Shown here piece by piece: positions 23,783 to 32,851 of a stretch of 64,000 nt of DNA. The notes under the pieces were generated by a model that saw only the letters and a list, made by a program, of their open reading frames with translations, did not search any database and was not told where the DNA came from. The first letter of the stretch is position 1. Every line of letters starts with the position of its first letter. This DNA comes from an uncultured Oscillospiraceae bacterium (GTDB taxonomy: Bacteria; Bacillota; Clostridia; Oscillospirales; Oscillospiraceae): positions 16,595 through 80,594 of the forward strand of contig CANRNF010000003.1 in NCBI GenBank assembly GCA_947631865.1, read 5' to 3'. The position numbers and the translations under genes were made by a program.

Positions 23783-25045
23783 ATGAAGCGGAGCACGAGA
23801 TACTGGCTTGCGCTGGCCCTGACGGCGGCGCTGATCCTGGGCGCGGCGATGCCTGCGCTGGCGGCGGAGGAGGCGGCCACAGCAGAGGAAGCCTTCGATA
23901 TGGCCGTGGCGTATATGTACGGCGACGGGGTGGAGCAGGACTCTGAAAAGGCCTTCCAGCTCTTCAGCCAGGCGGCGGAGCAGGACTATCCCGACGCCTA
24001 CGAGTACCTGGCCTATCTGTACTATGCCGGCGAGGGCGTGGAGCAGGATTACGCCGAGGCGATGGAGTGGTACAAAAAGGCCGCGGAGAATGGAAACGCC
24101 AGAGCGGCCTTCGACGTGGGCGCGATGTACGACTTCGGCGACGGCGTGGATCAGGATCATGCCATGGCGAAGGAGTGGTACGAAAAGGCCTCGGAGATGG
24201 GCGACGACGACGCGCTCAACAACCTGGGCTGCCTGTACGAATACGGCGACGGCGTGGAGCGGGACTACGCCAAGGCGGCGGAGTATTACACCCAGGCCTC
24301 GGAGATGGGCGACGGCATGGCCTCGGCGAACCTGAGCTGGCTGTATGCCTGCGGTCTGGGCGTGGAGCGGGACGAGGCAAAGGCCTTCGAGCTGGCCGGC
24401 AAGGCGGCGGAGGCAGGCGAGAGCGGTGGCATGTATTTGATGGGCCAGTTCTATGACTACGGCTACGGCGTGGTGGAGAAAGACCACGCCCAGGCGGCCC
24501 AGTGGTATGAAAAGGCCATCGAGGCGGACGGCGAGAACGCGGCGGCCTTGATGGAGCTGGGCACTCTTGTCAAAGACGGCGAGGGCACGGAAAAGGACGA
24601 GGCGCGGGCCGAAGAGCTCTTCCAGGAGGCCGCGGAGATCCTTCTGGCGTGGGAGGCCGAGGATGCGCTGGACATCTCCGAAAAGCGGACCCTGGGCCAG
24701 CTGTACTATACGGGCATGGGCGTGGAACAGGACTATGAAAAGGCCGCGGAACTGCTGGCCGACGCCGCTGGAGACAACGACCGGGACGCCCTGTATGTTC
24801 TGGGCGCCTGCTATCTCTTCGGCCAGGGCGTGGAGCAGGATATGGCCAAGGCCATGGAGCTGATCACCGGCGCGGCGGAACAGGGGCTACCCGTTGCCAT
24901 GGCGACGCTGGGCACGATGTATGAGCAGGGCTTGGGCGTGGACGCGGACCCGGATATGGCCCGGCAATTCTATGAAGAGGCCGCCTCCCTGGGCATGGAC
25001 ACCTCCAGGGAGCTGGAGCATCTGGCGGAGACGCCCGCCGCCTGA
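23783..25045 (+). CDS. Secreted Sel1-repeat protein (420 aa)
   Basis: Signal peptide ...AAMPALAAEE. It has about 10 Sel1 units of the same type as the giant paralog. Confidence 0.88.
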   Translation: MKRSTRYWLALALTAALILGAAMPALAAEEAATAEEAFDMAVAYMYGDGVEQDSEKAFQLFSQAAEQDYPDAYEYLAYLYYAGEGVEQDYAEAMEWYKKAAENGNARAAFDVGAMYDFGDGVDQDHAMAKEWYEKASEMGDDDALNNLGCLYEYGDGVERDYAKAAEYYTQASEMGDGMASANLSWLYACGLGVERDEAKAFELAGKAAEAGESGGMYLMGQFYDYGYGVVEKDHAQAAQWYEKAIEADGENAAALMELGTLVKDGEGTEKDEARAEELFQEAAEILLAWEAEDALDISEKRTLGQLYYTGMGVEQDYEKAAELLADAAGDNDRDALYVLGACYLFGQGVEQDMAKAMELITGAAEQGLPVAMATLGTMYEQGLGVDADPDMARQFYEEAASLGMDTSRELEHLAETPAA

Positions 25046-25061
25046 GAAATTTAGAAGCGTT

Positions 25062-25098
25062 CGGCCCTTTCGGCGGACTGGAACGTATATAGATACAC
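25062..25098 (+). promoter_or_regulatory. Conserved bipartite promoter-like element P3
   Basis: CGGCCCTTT-N13-CGTATATAGATACAC, 37 nt upstream of the A16 ATG. Confidence 0.5.
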
Positions 25099-25120
25099 AC
25101 CGGCGAGCGGAGGTATCATC

Positions 25121-25363
25121 ATGAACAACAACGAAAACAGAAAGGCTCCCCAGGAGCTGACAGACGAGATGCTGGACGCGGTGGCCGGAGGCGGGCGCCA
25201 GGCCGATAGCTCTGACGCGTATTTTTGGCAGCAGTTTCGGAACAACAACGACTGCCTGCATTGCAAGAACAGCTGCCCGTATATTTTCATGTCGCCCGAG
25301 GAGAGGAGCATTACCTTTGGCAGAGACCCCAACGCGAAGTGCCAGTATTACAAGAGCATGTGA
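25121..25363 (+). CDS. A16: short-GG-leader precursor, class ii Cys core
   Basis: Leader MNNNENRKAPQELTDEMLDAVAGG; core has NDCLHC..SCPY...AKCQYYKSM. Confidence 0.8.
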   Translation: MNNNENRKAPQELTDEMLDAVAGGGRQADSSDAYFWQQFRNNNDCLHCKNSCPYIFMSPEERSITFGRDPNAKCQYYKSM

Positions 25364-25383
25364 GACCGAAGGGAGAGCAAACT

Positions 25384-25629
25384 ATGGAAAACAGCGAGAA
25401 CAAAAAAGCTCCGGAAGAGCTGACGGACGAGATGCTGGACAAGATCGTCGGCGGAGCCGATACACCAGATAAGGATGCCATTCTGGCGTGGGCCATGCAG
25501 TTTGGTATGAACAACTGCTTGCGATGCAAGGGCATGACGACCAGCCAGTGCAGTTACTATCATGGGCCGGTGGACGTCTACCTGATGGGGTTGAAGGCCT
25601 CCGACACCTGCCCCGGATTCATATCCTGA
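25384..25629 (+). CDS. A17: short-GG-leader precursor, class ii Cys core
   Basis: Leader MENSENKKAPEELTDEMLDKIVGG; core has NNCLRC...QC...DTCPGFIS. The internal ATG 25384 is chosen by leader alignment. Confidence 0.78.
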   Translation: MENSENKKAPEELTDEMLDKIVGGADTPDKDAILAWAMQFGMNNCLRCKGMTTSQCSYYHGPVDVYLMGLKASDTCPGFIS

Positions 25630-25645
25630 TGAAGGAGGCGCCGTC

Positions 25646-25915
25646 ATGAGCGACAACGAGAACAGGAAGAACAGCGAAGAACTGGCGGACGAGGCGCTGG
25701 ACAATGTCGCGGGAGGCATCACGCCCGAGCAATGGGAGCAGGCGCGGCAGCAGGCGCTTGCGCAGTATAAGGATCCATGCATCGTGTGCAAGACGACGGA
25801 AGGCGTGAAGTACTACGCCTACAGGAACAAGGTGGGATGCTACGGCGCTCAGTATTTCTGCCCGGCCTGCCGTGATCTGAAGATCCAGCAGGGATATGAG
25901 GTGTGGGAATACTGA
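25646..25915 (+). CDS. A18: short-GG-leader precursor, zinc-ribbon-like core (class i)
   Basis: Leader MSDNENRKNSEELADEALDNVAGG; core has PCIVC...FCPAC. Confidence 0.8.
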   Translation: MSDNENRKNSEELADEALDNVAGGITPEQWEQARQQALAQYKDPCIVCKTTEGVKYYAYRNKVGCYGAQYFCPACRDLKIQQGYEVWEY

Positions 25916-25936
25916 CGGCCGTGCCCGCCAAAGAAA

Positions 25937-25958
25937 GCTGGACAATGTCGCCGGGGGA
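25937..25958 (+). pseudogene. Orphan fragment of a leader 3' end (..LDNVAGG)
   Basis: gctggacaatgtcgccggggga duplicates the A18 leader segment ctggacaatgtcgcgggaggc. It has no start codon or SD. Confidence 0.4.
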
Positions 25959-25993
25959 ATGATGGATATTAGTGATCTTAAGGAGGAACATCC

Positions 25994-26233
25994 ATGAACG
26001 AGGAACTGATCGGGAAGCTGAAGGAGGCCAAGTCCGTGGAGGACGTGGTCGCCGTTGCCAAGCAGTACGGCAAGAAGTTGACCCTGGAGCAGGCCAAGGT
26101 CCTTCTGGACCGGGTGAAGGCCGCTGTGACCGGCGAGTTGTCCGACGAGGACCTGGCCGCCGTCGCCGGCGGCGCCGTCGACCCGAAGAAGTTCGGGGAG
26201 GCCATGGGCGCTGACAAGCATTGGCTGGGCTGA
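25994..26233 (+). CDS. N3: Nif11-like-leader GG precursor, 19-aa Cys-free core
   Basis: MNEELIGKLKEAKSVEDVVAVAKQYGKKLTLEQAKVLL...ELSDEDLAAVAGG|AVDPKKFGEAMGADKHWLG. Confidence 0.75.
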   Translation: MNEELIGKLKEAKSVEDVVAVAKQYGKKLTLEQAKVLLDRVKAAVTGELSDEDLAAVAGGAVDPKKFGEAMGADKHWLG

Positions 26234-26245
26234 TCCGGACAACGA

Positions 26246-26279
26246 GCAAGGGGCTCCCCCACGCGGGGGAGCCCCTTGC
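26246..26279. terminator. Bidirectional terminator hairpin between N3 and fic-like gene
   Basis: A perfect 15-bp stem GCAAGGGGCTCCCCC/GGGGGAGCCCCTTGC with loop ACGC. Confidence 0.75.
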
Positions 26280-26298
26280 TGTATATTAGAGCGGCCGG

Positions 26299-26904
26299 TC
26301 ACAGCTCTTCGATCTTGAAGGCGGAATATCCCTCGTAATAATAGCTGTGGTCGATGCCCTTCATGTATATTTCCCGGTCATTGACCTTGTCGGTCAGGGC
26401 CGCTTTCAGCAGGTGCTTGATCTCTATATCGCGGATGGGGCTGCGCTCCATGGCCAGAAGGTAGTCCTCCTTGTCCACCAGGCTCCAGTCCACTACCATG
26501 CCCAACTCCTTTTTGAAGATGTGGTCCAGCCAGATGCGGGCGCTGCGGCCGTTGCCCTCCCGGAACGGATGGGCGATGTTCATCTCCACATACTTCTCCA
26601 CGATCTGGTCAAAGGTCGACTGGGGCATGCATTCGATGTTTTTCAAAGAGGTCTCCAGATACATGAGGGGGGCGAAGCGGAAATTGCCCTTGGCCAGATT
26701 GACATCCCGCATTTTCCCGGCAAACTCGTAAATGTCCTCAAAGAGGAAGCGATGGATCTCCGCCAGCGTGGCATAAGTTCCCGGCATCAGCGTATCCAGA
26801 CGGCCGCTGTCATAGAGCTGGGCTGCCTTTTTCTTGCTGATACGCTCCTCCTCACGGGCCAACTCCGAAGAGTCCGTGATCCCCAGCTTGTTTTCCAACG
26901 CCAT
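26299..26904 (-). CDS. Fic-domain protein (AMPylase-type)
   Basis: 201 aa with the Fic motif HPFREGNGRSARIW. Confidence 0.85.
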   Translation of the reverse strand: MALENKLGITDSSELAREEERISKKKAAQLYDSGRLDTLMPGTYATLAEIHRFLFEDIYEFAGKMRDVNLAKGNFRFAPLMYLETSLKNIECMPQSTFDQIVEKYVEMNIAHPFREGNGRSARIWLDHIFKKELGMVVDWSLVDKEDYLLAMERSPIRDIEIKHLLKAALTDKVNDREIYMKGIDHSYYYEGYSAFKIEEL

Positions 26905-26993
26905 CGCACGCGCTCCCTTTCATTGCATTTACCTATGAAGTATACCACATCGATCATTGGCGTGCAACAGACCGCCCCGGCGGAGCGGAAGCT

Positions 26994-28463
26994 CTATTCC
27001 TTGGCGGCCGGTTCCCGGATGAGTCCGGAGGCCCGTTTCCAGCGGCCGGACAGCAGCCGGGCGGAGAAGAGGATAGAGCGCAGGGCCCAGTCGGAGCACA
27101 TGCCAATCCAGTAGCCCATAGCGCCCAGCTGCGGCATGCCGGGGATGCGGTCCGTGGTGAGGAAGAACGCCAGGGTCACCCGCATGATGAACATGGACAG
27201 CACCGAGCCGTACATCACGTATTTTACGTCGCTGGTGGCCTTCAGGATCCCCGGGGCGGTGAAGGAGAGGGGGTAGGTGAAGAACTGGACGAACAGGCAG
27301 AAATAAAGGCACTGCCGCCCAATGGCCTTCGCCTCGGCCCCGTAGCCGTAGAGCTGGGTCAAAAACGGCATGAGCGCCAGGAACGTGCCCACGCAGACGG
27401 CGTTGGTCACGTAAGATATGACCAGCATCCGCTTCATGTAATACTTGACCTGGTCCGGGTCGCCCGCGCCCACCGACTGGCCGATGACCGTGAGACAGGA
27501 GGTGCCCACGCCGCCGCCCACCACCGAGGCGAAGTTGTTGATCTGGTTGGCGATGGTGTTGCCGTTGGCCTGGATGTTGACGTGGATGAGCCTGCCGGCT
27601 TCGTCCAGGGCCGTGACGCTCTTGGGGCCGGTGGCGTACACGGCGGCGTTCACGAAGGTGTTGGTCATGAGCTTGCCCAGCTGGAACAGCGCCGACTCCA
27701 CGCCGCTGGGGATGGCCAGCTTCAGGATGCTCCTGACCATGGCGCCGTCGAAGCGGAACCGCTCGAAGACCCGCACCCGCACGGTGTTGCCCTTTTGGCT
27801 CAGCAGCGCCAGCATGAACAGCGCCGGGATGGCCCGGCAGAAGAGGGTAGCCAGCCCCGCGCCCAGAACGCCCATGCGGAGAACAAACAGAAACACCGCG
27901 TTCAGCCCGATGTTGACCACGCAGCTCATGGCCGCGCTGGCCATGGTGGAAAAGCTCTTCCGCTGGGCGCGCAGGAGCGCCGCGCAGGCGTTGAACAGGC
28001 CGATGAAGGGGAAGGAGGCGGCGGTCACGTAGAAGTAGGTCCGCTGGTAGGCGAAGGTGGAGCTGTCCACGTTCCCGTAGAAAAGCCCCAGGATGGGCTT
28101 GTTGAGGGCCAGGCAGAGAAGACCCACCCCCAGGGAGATGCACACAACCAGGGCCAGCAGCTGCTTGGCCACCTTGTTGGCACGGGGCCGGTCGCCTGCG
28201 CCCAGGGCCTGAGAGGTGACGATGGCGCCGCCGGTGGCGAAGGCGGAGAAGAGCTGGATGATGAGGTTGTTGATGTAATCCACGTTGCCGATGGCGTTGC
28301 TGGCGTTGCTCCGTACGGCCTGGGCGGCGTCGATGTTGGAGACCATCAGCGAGTCGAAAAAGCCCAGCGAGGTGGAGAATATCTGCTCTATCACGATGGG
28401 CAGCACCAGCCAGAGAAGCTGCCGCGCCGTGAAGAGCGTATATCGCTTTTTTGCCTTTCCCAT
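26994..28463 (-). CDS. MATE family efflux transporter
   Basis: About 12 TM segments with an N-terminal LPIVIEQIFSTSLGFFDSLMV MATE signature. ATG 28463 follows GGGAGGG; the track ORF starts 7 codons earlier. Confidence 0.82.
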   Translation of the reverse strand: MGKAKKRYTLFTARQLLWLVLPIVIEQIFSTSLGFFDSLMVSNIDAAQAVRSNASNAIGNVDYINNLIIQLFSAFATGGAIVTSQALGAGDRPRANKVAKQLLALVVCISLGVGLLCLALNKPILGLFYGNVDSSTFAYQRTYFYVTAASFPFIGLFNACAALLRAQRKSFSTMASAAMSCVVNIGLNAVFLFVLRMGVLGAGLATLFCRAIPALFMLALLSQKGNTVRVRVFERFRFDGAMVRSILKLAIPSGVESALFQLGKLMTNTFVNAAVYATGPKSVTALDEAGRLIHVNIQANGNTIANQINNFASVVGGGVGTSCLTVIGQSVGAGDPDQVKYYMKRMLVISYVTNAVCVGTFLALMPFLTQLYGYGAEAKAIGRQCLYFCLFVQFFTYPLSFTAPGILKATSDVKYVMYGSVLSMFIMRVTLAFFLTTDRIPGMPQLGAMGYWIGMCSDWALRSILFSARLLSGRWKRASGLIREPAAKE

Positions 28464-28604
28464 GGTAATGCCCTCCCGCGTCATGGCGGAAATGTCCCTG
28501 TTTCACCGGGGCCACCGATATGTTACAACTATTTTGCTTGATTTTCCATTGTTTTCGCTCTAAAATTACAAATAATTGAATTTTCTCAGGAAGGGAAGGA
28601 TCCA

Positions 28605-29987
28605 ATGAAGCTCCGGGAGCTTTTTACAGCCAGGGACATGACCGAGGGGGCGCCCTGGAAACGTATCATGGAATTCGCCGTGCCCATGCTCATCGGCAAC
28701 CTGGCCCAGCAGCTGTATAACACGGTGGACTCTATCGTGGTGGGCAAGTACGTGGGGGACAACGCCCTGGCGGCGGTGGGTACCTGCATGCCCATCTTCA
28801 ATCTGCTGCTGGCCGTGTTCGTGGGCGTGTCCACCGGCGCGGGCATCGTGATAAGCCAGCGCTTCGGCGCGGACGACCGGGAAGGCCTTTCCCGGGCCAT
28901 CGGCAACTGTATCACCCTCGCGGCTATCACCTCCGTGGCCACCATGGTCATCGGCGTGGTCATCACGGAACCGCTGCTGCGGCTTTTGAGCACGCCGGAG
29001 TCCGTGTTCGACTGGTGCGCGCAGTACCTCAAGATATTCTTCCTGGGGGCGGCGGGCTTTACGTATTACAACATCCTCTCCGGCATCCTCCGGGGCCTGG
29101 GGGACTCCTTCTCCGCCCTGGGGTTCCTGCTGCTGGCGACTATCCTGAACATCTTCCTGGACGTGTGGTTCGTGGCCAGCTTCGGGCTGGGCGTGCCCGG
29201 CGTGGCCCTGGCCACCATCATCGCCCAGGCCATCTCCGCGGCGTTGTGCTTCGTGAAGCTGCTGCACATGCGGGAGGTGTTCGACCTCAACTGGCATACG
29301 CTGCGCATGCGCAAGGACACGGCCTGGCGCATCATCAAGCTGGGCGTCCCCTCCGGCATCACCCAAGGCATCATGTCCGTGGCCATGCTGGTGGTGCAGT
29401 CTCTCACCAACAGCATGGGGGAGATGGTGATGGCCTGCAACGTGATCATCATGCGGGTGGACGGCTTCGCCATGATGCCCAACATGAGCTTCGGCCAGGC
29501 CATGAGCGTCTTCGCCGGGCAGAACGTGGGCGCGGGCCGCCTGGACCGGGTGGAGCAGGGGACGAAGCAGGGCGGCGCCATGGCCCTGGCCACCTCCGCC
29601 ACCATCACGGCCATACTGCTGTTCGCCGGACGGTATCTCTTTGACCTGTTCACCGACACCCCGGAACTGATGGACATGGCGGTGCGCATGATGCGTATCC
29701 TTGCGGTGGGCTATATCTGCGTCGCTGTGACCCAGGTGCTGGGCGGCGTGATGCGGGGCGCGGGGGACACCGCCACGCCCATGTGGATCACCATGATCAG
29801 CACCATCGTGCTGCGGGTGCCTATCGCCTACGGCATGGCTTTTCTCACCCGCACAGAGGCCTTCCCCAAGGGCCAGCCCCAGGCGCTGTTCGGCTCCCTT
29901 CTCATCTCCTGGGCCGTGGGCGCGCTGCTCACCTGGATCGCCTACCGCCGGGGCGCCTGGCGGAAGAAGGCTCTGATCACCAACTGA
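28605..29987 (+). CDS. MATE family efflux transporter
   Basis: 460 aa with FAVPMLIGNLAQQLYNTVDSIVVG, typical of MATE/NorM-like pumps. It is divergent from the other MATE gene. Confidence 0.85.
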   Translation: MKLRELFTARDMTEGAPWKRIMEFAVPMLIGNLAQQLYNTVDSIVVGKYVGDNALAAVGTCMPIFNLLLAVFVGVSTGAGIVISQRFGADDREGLSRAIGNCITLAAITSVATMVIGVVITEPLLRLLSTPESVFDWCAQYLKIFFLGAAGFTYYNILSGILRGLGDSFSALGFLLLATILNIFLDVWFVASFGLGVPGVALATIIAQAISAALCFVKLLHMREVFDLNWHTLRMRKDTAWRIIKLGVPSGITQGIMSVAMLVVQSLTNSMGEMVMACNVIIMRVDGFAMMPNMSFGQAMSVFAGQNVGAGRLDRVEQGTKQGGAMALATSATITAILLFAGRYLFDLFTDTPELMDMAVRMMRILAVGYICVAVTQVLGGVMRGAGDTATPMWITMISTIVLRVPIAYGMAFLTRTEAFPKGQPQALFGSLLISWAVGALLTWIAYRRGAWRKKALITN

Positions 29988-30009
29988 ACTGGCCTGGGCG
30001 AGGTTGCGC

Positions 30010-30078
30010 AAAAGTCAGGTTTGACAGCGAAAATGTCGGAGCCTGCGTGTTGAACGCACCGTTGTGGTGTGATATTAT
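30010..30078 (+). promoter_or_regulatory. LytTR-type direct-repeat box R3 plus -10 upstream of M13 peptidase 2
   Basis: AAAAGTCAG at 30010-30018 and AAAATGTCGG at 30030-30039. TATTAT at 30073-30078 lies 33 nt after the second repeat. Confidence 0.6.
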
Positions 30079-30140
30079 AAAACAGAAAACAGCTATTGGA
30101 TAGGCGGCGGTCATCCGCCGCAGAAGGGAGAACATCGACT

Positions 30141-32159
30141 ATGAAGATAAACCGTGTATTGGCCCTTATCCTGGCGCTGGTGATGGCGCTGGGGTGCTGC
30201 GGCACGGCCTTTGCCGCGGAGGAGGACGACGGCATCCTGGATTTTTTGCCGGAGACAAAGCCCGCGCCGGAGGACGACCTGTACGGGGCCGTGAATTTTG
30301 ATACGCTAAAGGAGAATGAGGTCCCCGCCGGCCGTAAGAGGTGGTCCCCCGATGTGGCCAACGACCTGGAGATCACCGAAGAACTCAACGAGATGCTGGA
30401 CGAGTATGTGGCCAACGCCGGGACTTACGAGAAGGGGACGCCGGAGCAGAAGATCGCGGACCTGTACCTGTCCTACGTGGACGAGGAGAGCCGTAACGCC
30501 ACCGGCATTGAGCCCATCCGTCCCTATCTGGACGCCATCAACAGCGCTTCGACCATCCAGGAGTATGTGGAGGCCATCGCCGCCATGGGCGGTGAGATCA
30601 GTTTTTACAGCCTGCTGTATTTCAGCGTGAGCGTGGATCTTTACGATTCCACCCACTATGCCCTCTATGCGAACCAGGCGGACCTGGGCCTGGGAAAGGC
30701 ATACCTGGAGGACGAGAGCATGTCCTCTTACTGGGATATCTATAAGACCCTGGTCACGAAGCTGTTCGTGCTGTACGGCCTGAGCGAGGAAGAGGCCGCC
30801 GAAAAGACCGAAAACGTCGTCAGCCTGCAGACCAAGCTGGCCGCGTCCACGCTGTCCGAGGCGGATATGTACGACTATTCCAAGGCGTACCAGCCCATGA
30901 GCATGGACGAGATGACGGCGCTGCTGCCTACCGTCGATATGGGGCCGGTGCTGGAGGCCTTCGGGGTATCCGGGGCCGAGCAGGTCGTGGTGACGGATAG
31001 AGGTCAGCTGGAGGCCATCGGCCAGGTGCTCACCGAGGAGAATCTGCCGCTTTTGAAGGACTTCTCCACCGCCACGCTGCTGAAGGATATGGCGCCTTAC
31101 CTGGGCATGGACTACCGGCAGGCGTCGCAGGATTACTCCACAGCCATGAACGGCGTCACCCCCAAGGAGCTGCCGGAGGCGGCCAAGGACTCGGTGGAGT
31201 CGACCCTGGAGTGGGATTTTGCCAAGCTCTATGTGGAGAAGTATTTCCCCGAGGAGAGCAAGCAGTATGTGCTGGACATGACGGACGAGATCATTGCCTG
31301 GTTCGAGCAGCGCATCGACGAGTTGGACTGGATGGGCGACGAGACAAAGGCGGCCGCCAAGAAGAAGCTGGACACCCTGAACGTGAAGATCGGCTACCCT
31401 GACAGCTATGATTTCGTGTCGTATCTGGACGATGTGGAGTACGTCTCCCCGGCGGACGGCGGCAGCCTCATCGAAAACAAGCTGAATGAGTCCAGGGTCT
31501 ACGCCGCGTACAGCCACAGCCTACTGGGGCAGGAGGTGGATAAGTCCGCCTGGGGCATGACGCCTCAGACTGTGAACGCCTACTATAGCCCCACCGCCAA
31601 CGAGATCGTGTTCCCCGCGGGCATCATCCGGGGCGCGTTTTACGATCCCGACGCCAGCCGGGCGTACAACCTGGGCGGCATCGGCGCGGTCTTCGCCCAC
31701 GAGCTGACCCACGCCTTCGACAGCTCCGGCGCCCAGTTTGACGAGAACGGCAACCTGAACATGTGGTGGACCGAGGAGGACTACGCCAACTTCACGGCGC
31801 TGCAGCAGGATGTCATCGACTATTATGAGGCTTTCGAGCTGACGGACGGCATCGACCTCAACGGCGAGCTGACCCTGACGGAGAATATCGCCGACCTGGG
31901 CTCGCTGCACTGCGTGGCGGAGCTGTGCGGGGACGACCCGGAGGCCCTGCGGGAGCTGTTCGAGGCCTATGCCGCGTCCTGGGCCGAGAAGGCGCCCCGG
32001 GAGGTGTACGACAATTGGAGCCGCACGGACACCCACGCTCCCGGCATAGCCCGGACCAACGCGGTGGCCAGCTCCACCGAAGAGTTCTACGAGGCCTATG
32101 ACGTGCAGGAGGGCGACGGCATGTACGTGGCCCCCGAGGACCGGGTCTGCATCTGGTAA
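30141..32159 (+). CDS. M13 family zinc metallopeptidase lipoprotein, copy 2
   Basis: 672 aa from ATG 30141, with lipobox MALGC, HELTHAF and TENIADLG. It is colinear and roughly four-fifths identical by eye to copy 1. Confidence 0.88.
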   Translation: MKINRVLALILALVMALGCCGTAFAAEEDDGILDFLPETKPAPEDDLYGAVNFDTLKENEVPAGRKRWSPDVANDLEITEELNEMLDEYVANAGTYEKGTPEQKIADLYLSYVDEESRNATGIEPIRPYLDAINSASTIQEYVEAIAAMGGEISFYSLLYFSVSVDLYDSTHYALYANQADLGLGKAYLEDESMSSYWDIYKTLVTKLFVLYGLSEEEAAEKTENVVSLQTKLAASTLSEADMYDYSKAYQPMSMDEMTALLPTVDMGPVLEAFGVSGAEQVVVTDRGQLEAIGQVLTEENLPLLKDFSTATLLKDMAPYLGMDYRQASQDYSTAMNGVTPKELPEAAKDSVESTLEWDFAKLYVEKYFPEESKQYVLDMTDEIIAWFEQRIDELDWMGDETKAAAKKKLDTLNVKIGYPDSYDFVSYLDDVEYVSPADGGSLIENKLNESRVYAAYSHSLLGQEVDKSAWGMTPQTVNAYYSPTANEIVFPAGIIRGAFYDPDASRAYNLGGIGAVFAHELTHAFDSSGAQFDENGNLNMWWTEEDYANFTALQQDVIDYYEAFELTDGIDLNGELTLTENIADLGSLHCVAELCGDDPEALRELFEAYAASWAEKAPREVYDNWSRTDTHAPGIARTNAVASSTEEFYEAYDVQEGDGMYVAPEDRVCIW

Positions 32160-32180
32160 ACACAGGAAAACTTACATCGG

Positions 32181-32216
32181 AAGAGGCCATCCCGGTATGG
32201 GGACGGCCTCTTTTTT
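32181..32216 (+). terminator. Rho-independent terminator after M13 peptidase 2
   Basis: Stem AAGAGGCC/GGCCTCTT followed by a T6 run. Confidence 0.65.
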
Positions 32217-32239
32217 GCCCGGGCCGGGAAGGATTACGT

Positions 32240-32308
32240 AAAAATCAGGTTTGATTACGAAAACGTCAGAGCCTCCTTGTTGAGGAGGGCATTTTGTTAT
32301 GATAAAAT
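32240..32308 (+). promoter_or_regulatory. LytTR-type direct-repeat box R4 plus -10 upstream of the partner-switching/export operon
   Basis: AAAAATCAG at 32240-32248 and AAAACGTCAG at 32260-32269. TAAAAT at 32303-32308 lies 33 nt after the second repeat. Confidence 0.55.
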
Positions 32309-32542
32309 ATATCAATAACTATTATGGGGGAGAGCGGGGAGATGGAGAAGACACGGGTGTCCTCTGTTGTCCATAAGCTGCCATCCCCGGGGCGTGCGAA
32401 ATAGTGATATTGACTATAAAATCATCGTTGCGGTATGAGCAAAATTGATGTAAAATAATATTAAAGTGACTTCCGGCTGGATGTACAGCCTGGACAGGCC
32501 GGAAGACGGAAACAAAGTTATAATCATTAGGAGGCAACAACA

Positions 32543-32839
32543 ATGACCATCACGAAAAACCAGAACGGGACCCATCTTGATCTGGCCCTGGAGGGCCGGC
32601 TGGATACCACCACCGCGCCCCAGCTGGAGGCGGAGCTGAAGCAGAGCGTGAACGGCGTCACGGAGCTGGCGCTGGATTTCAGCAAGCTGGAGTATCTGTC
32701 CTCGGCCGGCCTGCGCGTGCTTTTGAGCGCCCAGAAGGTCATGAACCGGCAGGGGTCCATGGTGATCAAGAACGTGAACGAGACCATCATGGAGATCTTT
32801 GAGGTCACCGGCTTCTCGGATATTTTGACCGTCGAGTAA
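32543..32839 (+). CDS. STAS-domain anti-sigma-factor antagonist (SpoIIAA/RsbV-like)
   Basis: 98 aa with the LEYLSSAGLRVLL phosphorylation-loop motif. Confidence 0.85.
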   Translation: MTITKNQNGTHLDLALEGRLDTTTAPQLEAELKQSVNGVTELALDFSKLEYLSSAGLRVLLSAQKVMNRQGSMVIKNVNETIMEIFEVTGFSDILTVE

Positions 32840-32851
32840 GAACGAGCAAGC

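Noticed and set aside
26929-30011. 558-aa and 481-aa ORFs overlapping the two MATE genes in other frames or on the other strand
   Set aside because: The MATE frames give 12 coherent TM helices. The alternatives are Gly/His/Arg/Pro-rich with no TM logic.
4565-32308. Mobile genetic element bounded by the 2.3-kb direct repeats
   Set aside because: No integrase, transposase, recombinase, conjugation or phage genes lie in or next to the segment. The repeats are functional gene duplicates, so only recombination potential is claimed, not mobility.
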